From the NCBI GenBank assembly GCA_044222185.1, contig JBGANV010000001.1:192001-256000 (forward strand): a stretch of DNA of 64,000 nucleotides, written 5' to 3'. The stretch comes from Planctomycetota bacterium. GTDB lineage: Bacteria; Planctomycetota; GCA-002687715; CAIWVZ01. Position 1 is the first letter of the stretch. Every line of letters starts with the position of its first letter. The translations under genes were made by a program, and so were the position numbers. Positions 17,245 to 26,925 of this stretch are shown in pieces. The notes beneath the pieces are model-generated. The model ran no database searches, had not been told where the DNA came from, and saw only the letters and a list, made by a program, of their open reading frames with translations.

Positions 17245-19155
17245 ATGAACGAAAACAAATCTCGATTCTGGATCCCTGTTCTCCTCGGAGTCCTCGGGAT
17301 CGGCATTGCGGCGTCGCTGAACGGACTGTTCCTCCACTCCGGAGCGCAGATCGACCTGACGCAGGACAAGCGCTTCACCGTCTCGCCGGCGCTGGAGCGA
17401 ATCGCAGGCACGTTGACGGAGACGTGCCGGGTCACCTGCTACATCTCCGAGTCGCTGCCCCGCTACATCCAACACGTGCCTCGCAGTCTGCGCACGGTGC
17501 TGGACGCCGTGCGCCGCGCCTCCAGCGATCATCTCGAGTACGAGTTCGTCGACCCGAAGGACGACATCGACCTGGGGCAGAAGCTCAAGCAGAAGAAGAT
17601 CGAGCCACTGCCGCTGCAGGACATCAAGGACGACCAGATCACCCAGGGCAGCTACTACCTGACGGTCGTGTTCCGATACGGCGATCAGGAAGAGGTCCTG
17701 AACCTCGTCGACATGGGGTACGACCTCGCGAAGGAGGAGAAGACGCTCTCGGCGTTGCCTGCGTTCGTCGCGTCGCGCCTGGTGAAGGTGTCGCAGCCGG
17801 AGGCCGTCGTCGGCATCGCCAGCGACAAGAAGATGGTCCCCCAGCAGGGCCAGCAGCAGCCGGAGGCGACGGATGGGATGGAGCAGCTCCGCACCCGCCT
17901 CAAGTCGCACTGCAAGGTCAAGGACGTCACGTTGAAGAACGGCATCGCCGTTCCCGACGACATCAAGTGCCTCATCGTCCACAAACCGGAGAAGCTCGCT
18001 CCGGCCGACGTCTATCAGCTCGACCAGTTCATGATGCGCGGTGGGCGCGTCGTGCTTCTCCTCGAGAACGCATCCGCCCTCGACCTCGACCGCCTGCAGG
18101 CCATCGGCACTCAGATGCAGCAGGACAACTACTCCCTGCGTGCGATCGACTCGGGGTTGAACGACTGGCTCGCTCACTACGGCATCGTCGTGAGCCCGGG
18201 CCTCGTCATGGACCGGAAGAATCACAAGCTCGCGCGCATCCGCCAGGTCACCGATCCGAGGACGGGGATGCCGACGATGCAGATCAAGCAGGAGGTCAAC
18301 GACCTCCCCGGCGTCCTCGACGTTCGTCAGTTGGACGAGAAGCGTGAAGAGACGGGCCAGATGGAGGCGTCGGAAACCACCGTCGCCGGCATCGGCGCCT
18401 TGGCGTTCATGCTTCCCACGCCCATGCAGCTCGACGTGGAGGGTTTCGCAAAGCGTCACTCCGCCGCCACGCTGCCCAAACCCCAGGCGCGCATCGAGTC
18501 GCTCGTGCGTTCGTCGAAAGAGGCGTGGGTCGTGAAGGACTTCAAGGACACGCTCTCGATGGTCAACTCGACTCCGCCACCTCGGGAGGAGTGGGGGAGC
18601 TGGGTCCTCGTCGCGCGCGCGTCCGGCATGCTGAAGTCCTTCTTCGCCGGCAAGGACGTCCCGGCTGGTGTCGCCGGCATGCAGGACCAGGCCGAGTCGC
18701 GCTCGACGCGGACCGAGTCGAATCCCAAGGACGGATCCCAGCTGTGGGTCATCGCCGATTCGGACTTCGCCTCGGACGTGTGGGTCAACAGCTTCGGGCG
18801 CATGGGCGCCATGGGACTCGCCAAGGGCCTGCAGATCAGCTCGGCCATGCTCACCAACGTCGTCGACGTGGCGAGCGGCGGATCGGACCTCGTCGAGATG
18901 CGGCGCGCACGCCTCATCGACCGATCGATCAACGAGACCCAGGTCAAGGAAGACCGCACGAAGATCACCTTCCTGAATCTCTTCATGATGCCGATCGCCT
19001 TGATCGCGTTCGGCCTCGTCTGGTGGATGGTCCGCGCCGCCCAGACGTTCGTGGCGTCACCGCGCCAGCCGGTGACCGTCGCATCCAACTCGCAACCACC
19101 GGCTCCCGCGCCTGAACCCGCAGGCGCCGGGGCGCACGGAGCGGAGGGCCACTGA
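17245..19155 (+). CDS. GldG-family ABC auxiliary component
   Basis: IDLTQDKRFTVS, YEFVDP, LDQFMMRGG, VIADSDF; N- and C-terminal TM helices. Confidence 0.85.
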   Translation: MNENKSRFWIPVLLGVLGIGIAASLNGLFLHSGAQIDLTQDKRFTVSPALERIAGTLTETCRVTCYISESLPRYIQHVPRSLRTVLDAVRRASSDHLEYEFVDPKDDIDLGQKLKQKKIEPLPLQDIKDDQITQGSYYLTVVFRYGDQEEVLNLVDMGYDLAKEEKTLSALPAFVASRLVKVSQPEAVVGIASDKKMVPQQGQQQPEATDGMEQLRTRLKSHCKVKDVTLKNGIAVPDDIKCLIVHKPEKLAPADVYQLDQFMMRGGRVVLLLENASALDLDRLQAIGTQMQQDNYSLRAIDSGLNDWLAHYGIVVSPGLVMDRKNHKLARIRQVTDPRTGMPTMQIKQEVNDLPGVLDVRQLDEKREETGQMEASETTVAGIGALAFMLPTPMQLDVEGFAKRHSAATLPKPQARIESLVRSSKEAWVVKDFKDTLSMVNSTPPPREEWGSWVLVARASGMLKSFFAGKDVPAGVAGMQDQAESRSTRTESNPKDGSQLWVIADSDFASDVWVNSFGRMGAMGLAKGLQISSAMLTNVVDVASGGSDLVEMRRARLIDRSINETQVKEDRTKITFLNLFMMPIALIAFGLVWWMVRAAQTFVASPRQPVTVASNSQPPAPAPEPAGAGAHGAEGH

Positions 19156-20426
19156 TGAACAAGGTCTACGTGATGCTCGGCCTCTTCGTCGTCCTGGCGC
19201 TGGCGGCCTTCATCGTCAACTACGATTCTTCCGGCAAGGGCGTCGATCGTACGAGCAAGGTCCGTGAGAACGTTCCGAAGCTCCCCGCCATCGACCAGAA
19301 CCGGATCATGGGACTGGAGCTCTCCGACGGAACCGGGACCATCAAGGTCCAGCGCGTCGGCGACGGCTGGGTGATGCCCGACAAGTTCAACGCGCCCGTC
19401 CAGGCGACGAAGGTGAACGACCTGCTGAAGGCACTCACCGACCTGGACAAGGCAGACCGCGTCGCCGACACACGCTCGATGGATTCGCGGTACGGCTTGG
19501 GGAACGACAAGGGCAAGCGCGTGAAGCTCTTCGACGAGACCAAGAAACTCGTCGTCGACCTGTGGATCGGCAAGGCCGACACGTCGTCGGATCGCACGAT
19601 CCAGACGGCGGGCAACTACGTGCGCATGGAGGGCTCGGACGTCGTCTACTCCCACGGGAAGCGACTCGAGCACCTCACTGCCACCATGCTTCTCCAATGG
19701 ATGGAGGCACGTCTGTTCGCCGTGGATCCAAAGGACATCAACGACCTCGTCACCAAGGCCGAGAAGGTGACGCTCGAGTTCGACGACATCCCGCCACCTC
19801 CGCCTCAGATCCCGGACTCCCAACCGTCGACCGAACCGACCGACGCGGAGAAGAACGCTCCCCGGATCCGAGTCATGCTCACGGGCAAGGAGGTCGAGGT
19901 CCCGGTGGAGTCGACGCCCGGCGCCGACGTCGGACCATCCGCCAACGCCAAGCCCCCGGAGACCAAGCCCACGACGAAGAAGGAGAAACAGTGGACGCTC
20001 GTCGAGCCGGCCGATCCCGCGATCAAGCCGTACTCGGCGTTCGTGGAGCAGATCGTCCGGACGATGCTCTACGGCCGTTTCGACGACGTCGTCGGTTCGG
20101 ATCCCTCGCTGAAGGAGTACGGCTTCGACAAGCCGACCGCCGATCTCACGGTGACGTTCGCGGACGGAAGTTCGCGGCAGCTGAAGGTCGGGAAGAAGGC
20201 GCCGCCGCCCTCCGACCCGGCCCGCAAGATGGGGCAGTACCGCTTCGCCTACGTCGAGGGGACGTCGCGCGTCGTCCTCCTGAACGAGTACACCGTCGTG
20301 GCACTGCGCAAGAAGCCAGTGGATCTGAAGGCGCCCGAGATGCCCAAGCCGGGAGCCACGGGCCCCGCTCCGATCGAGATCCCCAAGGACGAGCCGGAGT
20401 CCAAGCCCGCGAAGAATGGCGACTGA
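19155..20426 (+). CDS. DUF4340 domain protein
   Basis: N-terminal TM anchor; two repeats with W..P....A..V..LL..L and YGL/YGFDKP..LxVG patterns; typical position after GldG. Confidence 0.7.
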   Translation: MNKVYVMLGLFVVLALAAFIVNYDSSGKGVDRTSKVRENVPKLPAIDQNRIMGLELSDGTGTIKVQRVGDGWVMPDKFNAPVQATKVNDLLKALTDLDKADRVADTRSMDSRYGLGNDKGKRVKLFDETKKLVVDLWIGKADTSSDRTIQTAGNYVRMEGSDVVYSHGKRLEHLTATMLLQWMEARLFAVDPKDINDLVTKAEKVTLEFDDIPPPPPQIPDSQPSTEPTDAEKNAPRIRVMLTGKEVEVPVESTPGADVGPSANAKPPETKPTTKKEKQWTLVEPADPAIKPYSAFVEQIVRTMLYGRFDDVVGSDPSLKEYGFDKPTADLTVTFADGSSRQLKVGKKAPPPSDPARKMGQYRFAYVEGTSRVVLLNEYTVVALRKKPVDLKAPEMPKPGATGPAPIEIPKDEPESKPAKNGD

Positions 20427-21336
20427 GCCCGCACTCTCCGTTCACGGGGGAGCGTGGGACATCCCCACGCCGGAGCGCGATGCGCACCGGCGTGGATGCC
20501 TTCAGGCGGCGCGGGAAGGCGGCCGCAGGCTCACCGAGGGCGCATCCGCGCTCGACGCCGTCGTCGCGGCCGTTCGCGCCTTGGAAGCGGACGGGACGTT
20601 CGATGCGGGCGTCGGCTCCGTCCTGACGCGGGAGGGCGCGGTCGAGGTCGACGCCGGTTTGATGGATGGCGAGAGCCTGCGGGTCGGTGCGGTCGGCGCC
20701 GCACCGTGTCTCGCTCACCCGATCCTCGTCGCACGCCTCCTCCTCGAAGAGCCCGAACTGAGTTTCCTCGTGGGCGCCGCAGCAACTCGATTCGGCGAGG
20801 AGCACGGGGTCCCTCCGACGTCGGCCGCGGCGCTCGTGTCTCCGCGCGAGCGGGCCCGGTGGGAGGCGCTCGCCCGACACCGTGCGACCGTCCGAAGCGC
20901 GTTCTCGGGCACGGATTCGACGCCGCCCGCGCCACGCGGGACCGTCGGCGCGGTGGCGCGCGATCGCCGAGGGCATCTGGCCGCCGCGGTCTCGACTGGG
21001 GGCACGCCCTTCAAGCCGTCGGGGCGCGTTGGCGACACGCCCGTGGTTGGGTGTGGGTTCTTCGCCGACGATGGTCTTGGCGCCGTTTCGTGCACGGGCT
21101 TCGGCGAGACGATTCTGCGCGTGCAACTCGCGCATCTGGCCGCGCGCATGCTCCCCGACGCGAGCGGGGCCGATGACGCTGCTCGTCGGGCGTTGGAGCT
21201 GCTCTCGACACGAGCCGCCGGCCTTGGTGGAATGGTCATCCTCGGGGCGCGCGGCGCCGCGGCTGCGCGATGGAATACGCCCACCATGGCGTTCGCGCAT
21301 TGGACGCCCGAGGGTGTGACGGCCGACTGCCCCTGA
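20416..21336 (+). CDS. iaaA: Isoaspartyl peptidase / L-asparaginase (Ntn hydrolase)
   Basis: HGGAW, FDAGVGS, E.DAGLMDG, nucleophile GTVGAVA, STGG, GRVGDTP, CTGFGE. Confidence 0.9.
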   Translation: MATEPALSVHGGAWDIPTPERDAHRRGCLQAAREGGRRLTEGASALDAVVAAVRALEADGTFDAGVGSVLTREGAVEVDAGLMDGESLRVGAVGAAPCLAHPILVARLLLEEPELSFLVGAAATRFGEEHGVPPTSAAALVSPRERARWEALARHRATVRSAFSGTDSTPPAPRGTVGAVARDRRGHLAAAVSTGGTPFKPSGRVGDTPVVGCGFFADDGLGAVSCTGFGETILRVQLAHLAARMLPDASGADDAARRALELLSTRAAGLGGMVILGARGAAAARWNTPTMAFAHWTPEGVTADCP

Positions 21337-21342
21337 CCGAAG

Positions 21343-21636
21343 ATGAGACCGACCATGACTGGCGACGAACCCACCAAGTGCCCCGAATGTGAAACCCCGC
21401 TCGCGCTCGGCGGGACGTACTGCCGTCAATGCGGCTGGGACTCGGAACTCGCCGGGACGGAGGATGCGTATCTGGATGGAGTGGACGTTCCCCAGGGCTA
21501 CTCGGCGGAGGATGAGGGCCCGCTCCCGACGAATCCGCCACCGACCCGGTCGGTCAAGATCGTCACGTGGATCGTCGTCGTCGGCCTCCTCGGCATCTTC
21601 GCCTTCGGGATCTACGCGTCGGTCAAGGGGCGATGA
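21343..21636 (+). CDS. Small zinc-ribbon protein with C-terminal TM helix
   Basis: CPEC..CRQC; acidic linker; hydrophobic IVTWIVVVGLLGIFAFGIY. Confidence 0.7.
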   Translation: MRPTMTGDEPTKCPECETPLALGGTYCRQCGWDSELAGTEDAYLDGVDVPQGYSAEDEGPLPTNPPPTRSVKIVTWIVVVGLLGIFAFGIYASVKGR

Positions 21637-24545
21637 GTGGCGGGGTCGAGCCGGCGCGGGAGTCGTCGGACGACCGTTCCGAGGATGCCGGACGTGGGTT
21701 CGAGGAGACGGCTCGCTCCGATACGAACTCGGAAATCACCCAGCCGGACACTGAGCGCGCTGACCTCGCTCCAGCGCAGGAGGCCGTCGCCGCGAAGTTC
21801 GCGAAGTTCCTCCATGCGCTTGGCGGCGCGCCGCCCGATGAAGGCCCCGAGCAAGACGAACTGGCCTCCGGCACGGTGCTGGCCCATTACCGCATCGTGA
21901 GGAAGCTTGGCGCTGGCGGGCAGGCGACGGTCTACCTGGCGAACGACCTGGACCTCCCGCGGCAAGTCGCTCTGAAGGTCGCGGGCGACCGCCATTCGAT
22001 GACCGCCGCGCGCCGATCCCGGCTGCGTCGGGAGGCCGAGATGCTCGCGCGCCTCGATGACCCGTGCGTATGCCGCGTACTCGACACGGGCGTCGATCAC
22101 GGCACCTGGTGGATCGCCATGAGCTACGTGCAGGGGATCACGCTCGACCGCGTGATCCGTGCACACCACGAGCGCGGCGCGAAGTCCACCGTCGCGGACG
22201 AGGGCGCGGACGGCGCGTCCGTGACGCCGAGTACACTCCCGAGCGATCCTCTCGCGACGCTGCGGGTCCTCGCTCGCGTGGCGCGCGCCGTCCAGCGCGC
22301 CCACGCCGTCGGCGTGATTCACCGGGACATCAAACCGTCGAACATCATGGTTCGGCCCGACGGCGAACCCGTCGTGTTGGACTTCGGCCTGGCTCGTCCG
22401 ACGGACCTTGCGATGACCGTCACGGTGAAAGGGCAGGTCTGCGGCACGTTGCCGTACCTGTCCCCCGAGACGATCGCGGGAGCAGAGCCGACTCCCGCTG
22501 CCGACGTCTGGGCCATGGGCGTGACGCTCTACGAGGCGGCGACCGGCGAGTGGCCGTTCCACGGGATTTCCCGGTCCGGGTGGGAGCAGGCGATCACGAA
22601 AGATGAGCCCGTGCGCCCGCGTCGGCTCAACCGGCGGATCCCGCCTGATCTGGAGACGGTGATCCTCACGAGCCTCTGCAAGGTTCCCTCGGGCCGATAC
22701 TCCACCATGGAGTTCCTCGCCGACGACTTGGAGAACGCTCTCGCGAGTCGCCCCATTCGCGCACGCCCGACGGGGCTGGTGGTGCGATTCCACCGATGGA
22801 TGCGCCGTGAGCCGCGGCTCGCGACGGCCCTCGTCGGAACGCTCGCTTCGCTCGTCGTCGCGCTGGCGGCGGCGGTTTGGGCCCTTCAGTCGAGCAACGA
22901 GCGGGTGGCGGCCGAGTCGGAGCGACGGCGGCAGACGGAGATCGCGGAGCACGAGGGCCGAAGCCGGCAGGCCGACGCCCACATGGCTGCCGCGAGGTTC
23001 GCCTCGCAACGTGGCGAATGGACCGTTGCGTTGGAGCGCCTCGGCCACGCGGAGGCCGCGGGCTACCCGGACCTTCCGTCTGTCGTGATCGGCCGCGTCG
23101 AAGCGCTCGAGGTGTTGTTCCGTAGCGAGGAGGCCGCTGCCGAACTCCAACGCCTGGACACGCTTCCCGGGGCGACCGCGCGAAAGGCTGACCGCTTGCT
23201 CTGGGAGGCCGATCTGAGCATCGCCGGCGGAGACTCGACCACGGCAGCGGACGCGCTCATCCGCCAGGCGCTCGAGCTGAAGACGTTGAGACCAGCCGAC
23301 GAGGCGTACGCCCGAGCCTTGTTGAGCGCGCGCATAGGCGACATGCGCGACGGGCTCGAGTCCGCGCTGAAGGCCGAGCCGTTCCACCACCGCGCGAACG
23401 GCTTCTACGGCCTCGTTCTCGCCTGGATGGGCGACGCTGACGGGGCCATGCTTCAGGCCCAGAGGATGCGCTCCCGCTTCCCGAACGACTGGGAGCCGCT
23501 GGTCATCGAGATGTTCGCCCGGCACCTCCTCAAGGACGACCAGGCCCGAGGCAAGGATCCGGCCCGCGCCGAGCTCAAGTCGCGCATCTCGCCCCAGACG
23601 TTCTCGTGGATTCGTTACGCCACGGACTGTGGGACCCTCGTGTTCGACATCGGCGACACCCTGGCGAGTCAGGTGATGGTCGAGGACGACGCGGACGAGC
23701 GAACGGACCGGCTTCAGAAGGGCGCGATCCGCCTCGTTCTCGGCGCGCCGAACGCACCCGCCGGGTCGATCTTCATCGGACGCGTGACGCGGATCCTCTC
23801 CACCATCGTCCTGCCGGCCGTTCGGGACGTCCCTCGGCTCGCATTCAGATCGAATGGGCCAGCCGTGGATCGCAAGTCGGCGGCAGAGCTTGCTGCGCTG
23901 GCGGACCGCTGGCCGTCAGCGACCGCGAGGCTCGGGGTCGCGGCCACCTACCTGATGCAGGAACGGTGGGAGGATCTCGTCCCCATCGTCGACGGGCTGT
24001 TGCAGGTCCCGCGAAGCCGGCTCGTCACCCGCGCGTCCGAGCTGTTTGGCGCCATCGCGGAGTACAAGCTCTTCGAGCGCGAGGCCCGCGCCGCTGGAAG
24101 CACGACGGTGAAGTCAGACCACCTCGTTCGCGCGGAAGCACACTTGCGTCGCGCCGTCGCCGTGGGCCCGATCAGTCGGAGGTGGTTGGGAGTGTTCTCG
24201 GGGTGGGCCGGGCGGACGGCGGGGCCCCTCGGCGAGGACCTGTTCGCGTCGTGGCGGCGGTGGTGGCCCGACGATCCTGCCGGATGGCTGGAGTCGGCCC
24301 ACTTCGAGTTCCGGTGTGGCCACTATTCCACGGCGCTCCAGTTCGTGGACCGCTCGGCTGATCTGAATGCGACGCCGGAGGCCGCGCGGCTCCGGGAAGC
24401 GGTGGTCTCGAATCTGCATCGGGTCGGACCGCCCGGCTCCGAGATGTCGTTCGAAGACTACGACGCTGCGCGCCAACGACGCAGCGAGACCCGGCGGGCA
24501 GCGACTCGGGCGGCCGAGTCCGCACCGACGACTCGACCGAGATGA
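21633..24545 (+). CDS. Membrane Ser/Thr protein kinase with C-terminal helical (TPR-like) region
   Basis: ATGA overlap; LGAGGQATVY, VALK, HRDIKPSN, DFG, GTLPYLSPE, DVWAMG; TM helix after RREPR. Confidence 0.9.
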   Translation: MSGGVEPARESSDDRSEDAGRGFEETARSDTNSEITQPDTERADLAPAQEAVAAKFAKFLHALGGAPPDEGPEQDELASGTVLAHYRIVRKLGAGGQATVYLANDLDLPRQVALKVAGDRHSMTAARRSRLRREAEMLARLDDPCVCRVLDTGVDHGTWWIAMSYVQGITLDRVIRAHHERGAKSTVADEGADGASVTPSTLPSDPLATLRVLARVARAVQRAHAVGVIHRDIKPSNIMVRPDGEPVVLDFGLARPTDLAMTVTVKGQVCGTLPYLSPETIAGAEPTPAADVWAMGVTLYEAATGEWPFHGISRSGWEQAITKDEPVRPRRLNRRIPPDLETVILTSLCKVPSGRYSTMEFLADDLENALASRPIRARPTGLVVRFHRWMRREPRLATALVGTLASLVVALAAAVWALQSSNERVAAESERRRQTEIAEHEGRSRQADAHMAAARFASQRGEWTVALERLGHAEAAGYPDLPSVVIGRVEALEVLFRSEEAAAELQRLDTLPGATARKADRLLWEADLSIAGGDSTTAADALIRQALELKTLRPADEAYARALLSARIGDMRDGLESALKAEPFHHRANGFYGLVLAWMGDADGAMLQAQRMRSRFPNDWEPLVIEMFARHLLKDDQARGKDPARAELKSRISPQTFSWIRYATDCGTLVFDIGDTLASQVMVEDDADERTDRLQKGAIRLVLGAPNAPAGSIFIGRVTRILSTIVLPAVRDVPRLAFRSNGPAVDRKSAAELAALADRWPSATARLGVAATYLMQERWEDLVPIVDGLLQVPRSRLVTRASELFGAIAEYKLFEREARAAGSTTVKSDHLVRAEAHLRRAVAVGPISRRWLGVFSGWAGRTAGPLGEDLFASWRRWWPDDPAGWLESAHFEFRCGHYSTALQFVDRSADLNATPEAARLREAVVSNLHRVGPPGSEMSFEDYDAARQRRSETRRAATRAAESAPTTRPR

Positions 24546-24573
24546 GCGTGTCGGGGCCCTCCGCCGTTCGCCG

Positions 24574-25173
24574 TCACGCCCCGCCCTTGAGGGACTCCCG
24601 GATCAGTGCGTCGATCGGCGCATCGGCGCCGAGGCGCTTGCGCGCCCCCTGCGCCGCCTTCAACGCCGCGACGTCCGAGTACCCGAGGACGACGAGAGCC
24701 TCGACGACGTCGTCCGCACCCGACGCGCCATCGCCGGTGCCTTGCGTGTCGCGGCCCGCGCCGGCGCGCTTCTGCGCCTCGTCCTTCAACTCGACCACGA
24801 GGCGTTGCGCGATCTTCGGGCCGATCCCCTTGGAGGACATGAGCTTCTTCTGATCACCGTCACGGAGTGCCGCCCAGATCTGGTCGGGGTCGAACGCGGA
24901 AAGGAGCGCAAGCGCGTGCGACGGTCCGACGCCCGCGATCTTAAGGAGGTTCCGGAAGAGGTCTCGCTCCGTGTCGTCGGCGAAGCCGAACAGCCGCGGT
25001 TTGTCGTCGGCCTCGCTCTGTCGCATCTGGACGAGGACCGTGGCCTCGGCACCCTGACGCATCGAGGAACTCGTGCGAACGCTCGTCTCCAGGAGGTATC
25101 CGACCCCGCCGACGTCCAGGATCACGGACGTGGGAGTCTTTCGGGCGACGCGACCTCGGAAGTAGTCGTACAT
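24574..25173 (-). CDS. ruvA: Holliday junction branch migration protein RuvA
   Basis: MYDYFRG, LDVGGVGY, LFGF, F..LLKIAGVGP, GIGPKIAQRLVVELK, ALVVLGY. Confidence 0.95.
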   Translation of the reverse strand: MYDYFRGRVARKTPTSVILDVGGVGYLLETSVRTSSSMRQGAEATVLVQMRQSEADDKPRLFGFADDTERDLFRNLLKIAGVGPSHALALLSAFDPDQIWAALRDGDQKKLMSSKGIGPKIAQRLVVELKDEAQKRAGAGRDTQGTGDGASGADDVVEALVVLGYSDVAALKAAQGARKRLGADAPIDALIRESLKGGA

Positions 25174-25210
25174 CGAGAACCCTCGCAGATGCAGCGCGTT
25201 CGGTCCGCCA

Positions 25211-25247
25211 ACGAAAACGGGCCGCAGCCCAAGGGAGCGCGGCCCGT
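25211..25247 (-). terminator. Rho-independent terminator after the TPR/alpha-CTD gene
   Basis: Minus strand ACGGGCCGC...GCGGCCCGT stem followed by TTTCGT. Confidence 0.6.
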
Positions 25248-25263
25248 CGTCGACGGAGAGGGA

Positions 25264-26685
25264 TCAGGAGTTCTTCAGGCTGACGCCGAACTCCGCGAGC
25301 TTGGCCTTGAGCTCGTTCAGACTCGTGAGACCGAAGTTCTTCAGCGCGAGCAGCTCCGCCTCCGTGTGGGTGAGGAGATCACCGACCGTGTTGGCCTTGA
25401 GCGCGGCCAGGGCCTTGCGGCACCGGACGGAGAGCTCGATGTCCGAGAGCACGATGCTCAGCACCTTGGGGTCGATGCCTTCCGGGATCGGCACCGGGCC
25501 GTGGGCCGGGGCGTCGTCCTCGGGTTCGTCGAGCATCGGCATGGGAGCCGCCATCATCGCCGAGGCGGCGCCGTCGCCGACGCGCATGCCGAGGCGCAGC
25601 CCCTTCTGCGTGAGAAGGCTGCGGATCTCCTGGAGCGTCGTCTCTCCGAAGTTCTTGTAGGAGAGCAGCTCCGCCTCCGTGCGGCTGACGAGGTCGCCCA
25701 GCGTCTGGATGTTCATCTTCGCGAGGCAGTTTCGAGCGCGCACGGAAAGCTCGAAGTCGGCGATCGGCACGCGCAGCATGGCGCTATTGCGATCGTGGCG
25801 ACGGTCGTGGTCGTCGTCGAAGACCATGCCGATCGACGCTTCCGCGTCCCGAAGGTATTGCCGTGCGCGACGGTGATTCGGGAAGTTGACGATGACCGTG
25901 CGGTAGCAGGCGACGGCGTCGTTGTATCGGCCTTGATCCTCGTACAGCACGCCGAGGTTCAAGAGCGCGTGCGTGTTGAGCGGCTTCATGCGGGAGAGCT
26001 GCTCGTAGTAGCCGATGGCGCGAGCGTCTTCGCCCATGACGTCGCAGCAGAACGCGAGACGGAACATCGCGTTGCGGTGCGTCGGCTCCTGCTCGAGAGC
26101 TTGCTCGTACAGCGCAGCGGCAGCAGCGGGATCGCCCTCGAACTCGACGAGCCGGCCCTGGTAGTACTTGGCGTGCGCCGTGTTCTTGGCGGCGGCAGGC
26201 ATCTTCCCGAGTGCTTCCGCGAAGCCGTCGCGGTTCTCGTCGAAGAGGAGCGCGTCGAGGTAGAGCGTCCAGACGCGCGGATCGCTCCACAGCGCCTCGT
26301 GCTTCGCGAGCGTCTTCACCGCGAGGTCGGGGCGGCGCATGGGGCGCGGCGTCCCTTCCGACACTTCGGCGCGCAGGCAGCACTCGGCCAGCAGGAACTG
26401 CATCGTCGCGTTGTTGCCGCCGGCGGACTTCAGGAGGGGATAGGCTCGGTGATACTGCGCGAGCATCCACCGGGCGATCCCTCCGTTGCGTGCGTCCGCA
26501 CCGGACTCGCCGAGACCATCGAGCTTGCGCTCGAGCGCGTTCTTCGCGGACCGGTTGAGGAGGACTGCATCCTTGATCGAAAGGAGTTGGTCGAGCGTCG
26601 GGTTCTTCTCTGCGGCGAAGCTCCAAACGTCAATGGACGGCGCCTCCGCACTCATTGCAGGGGCACCAGAGTCCGCATTCATCAT
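25264..26685 (-). CDS. TPR protein with two tandem RNA polymerase alpha C-terminal domains
   Basis: TPRs (AMFRLAF, ALLNLGVLYEDQG); two copies of ELSVR..L....i.TlGDL...TEAELL..KNFG.T.L.E; no alpha N-terminal domain. Confidence 0.9.
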   Translation of the reverse strand: MMNADSGAPAMSAEAPSIDVWSFAAEKNPTLDQLLSIKDAVLLNRSAKNALERKLDGLGESGADARNGGIARWMLAQYHRAYPLLKSAGGNNATMQFLLAECCLRAEVSEGTPRPMRRPDLAVKTLAKHEALWSDPRVWTLYLDALLFDENRDGFAEALGKMPAAAKNTAHAKYYQGRLVEFEGDPAAAAALYEQALEQEPTHRNAMFRLAFCCDVMGEDARAIGYYEQLSRMKPLNTHALLNLGVLYEDQGRYNDAVACYRTVIVNFPNHRRARQYLRDAEASIGMVFDDDHDRRHDRNSAMLRVPIADFELSVRARNCLAKMNIQTLGDLVSRTEAELLSYKNFGETTLQEIRSLLTQKGLRLGMRVGDGAASAMMAAPMPMLDEPEDDAPAHGPVPIPEGIDPKVLSIVLSDIELSVRCRKALAALKANTVGDLLTHTEAELLALKNFGLTSLNELKAKLAEFGVSLKNS

Positions 26686-26925
26686 GAGGCGCTCCGGGAG
26701 GTGTGAAGCAGGGATCGGGTCAGAGCTGGGGTCAGCACTGAAGCGGTACGGAAAACCCTTCCCCGCGACGGTTAAGGGCGAAAAGTCTATCGGGGGACGC
26801 CAGCAAAGAAAAGGTTCGGGCGCCGCGCGGCGATCCCGTGTTCGCGTCTTTGGGGCGTCTGGGGCTCAAGTTACAGTCCCCGCCCTCGGCGGCGGACGCC
26901 CCCGACTCGGCGTCCGCGACACGGC

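Noticed and set aside
15541-19155. Gliding motility or type IX secretion
   Set aside because: GldAFG-like ABC systems occur in non-gliding bacteria; no gldKLMN or spr genes are in the window.
24574-25173. ruvA without ruvB/ruvC, and carA (34997-36145) without carB, as incomplete pathways
   Set aside because: Split operons are common; partners may lie outside the window.
25264-26685. Calling this gene rpoA
   Set aside because: No alpha N-terminal assembly domain and not in the rpsM-rpsK-rpoA-rplQ context.
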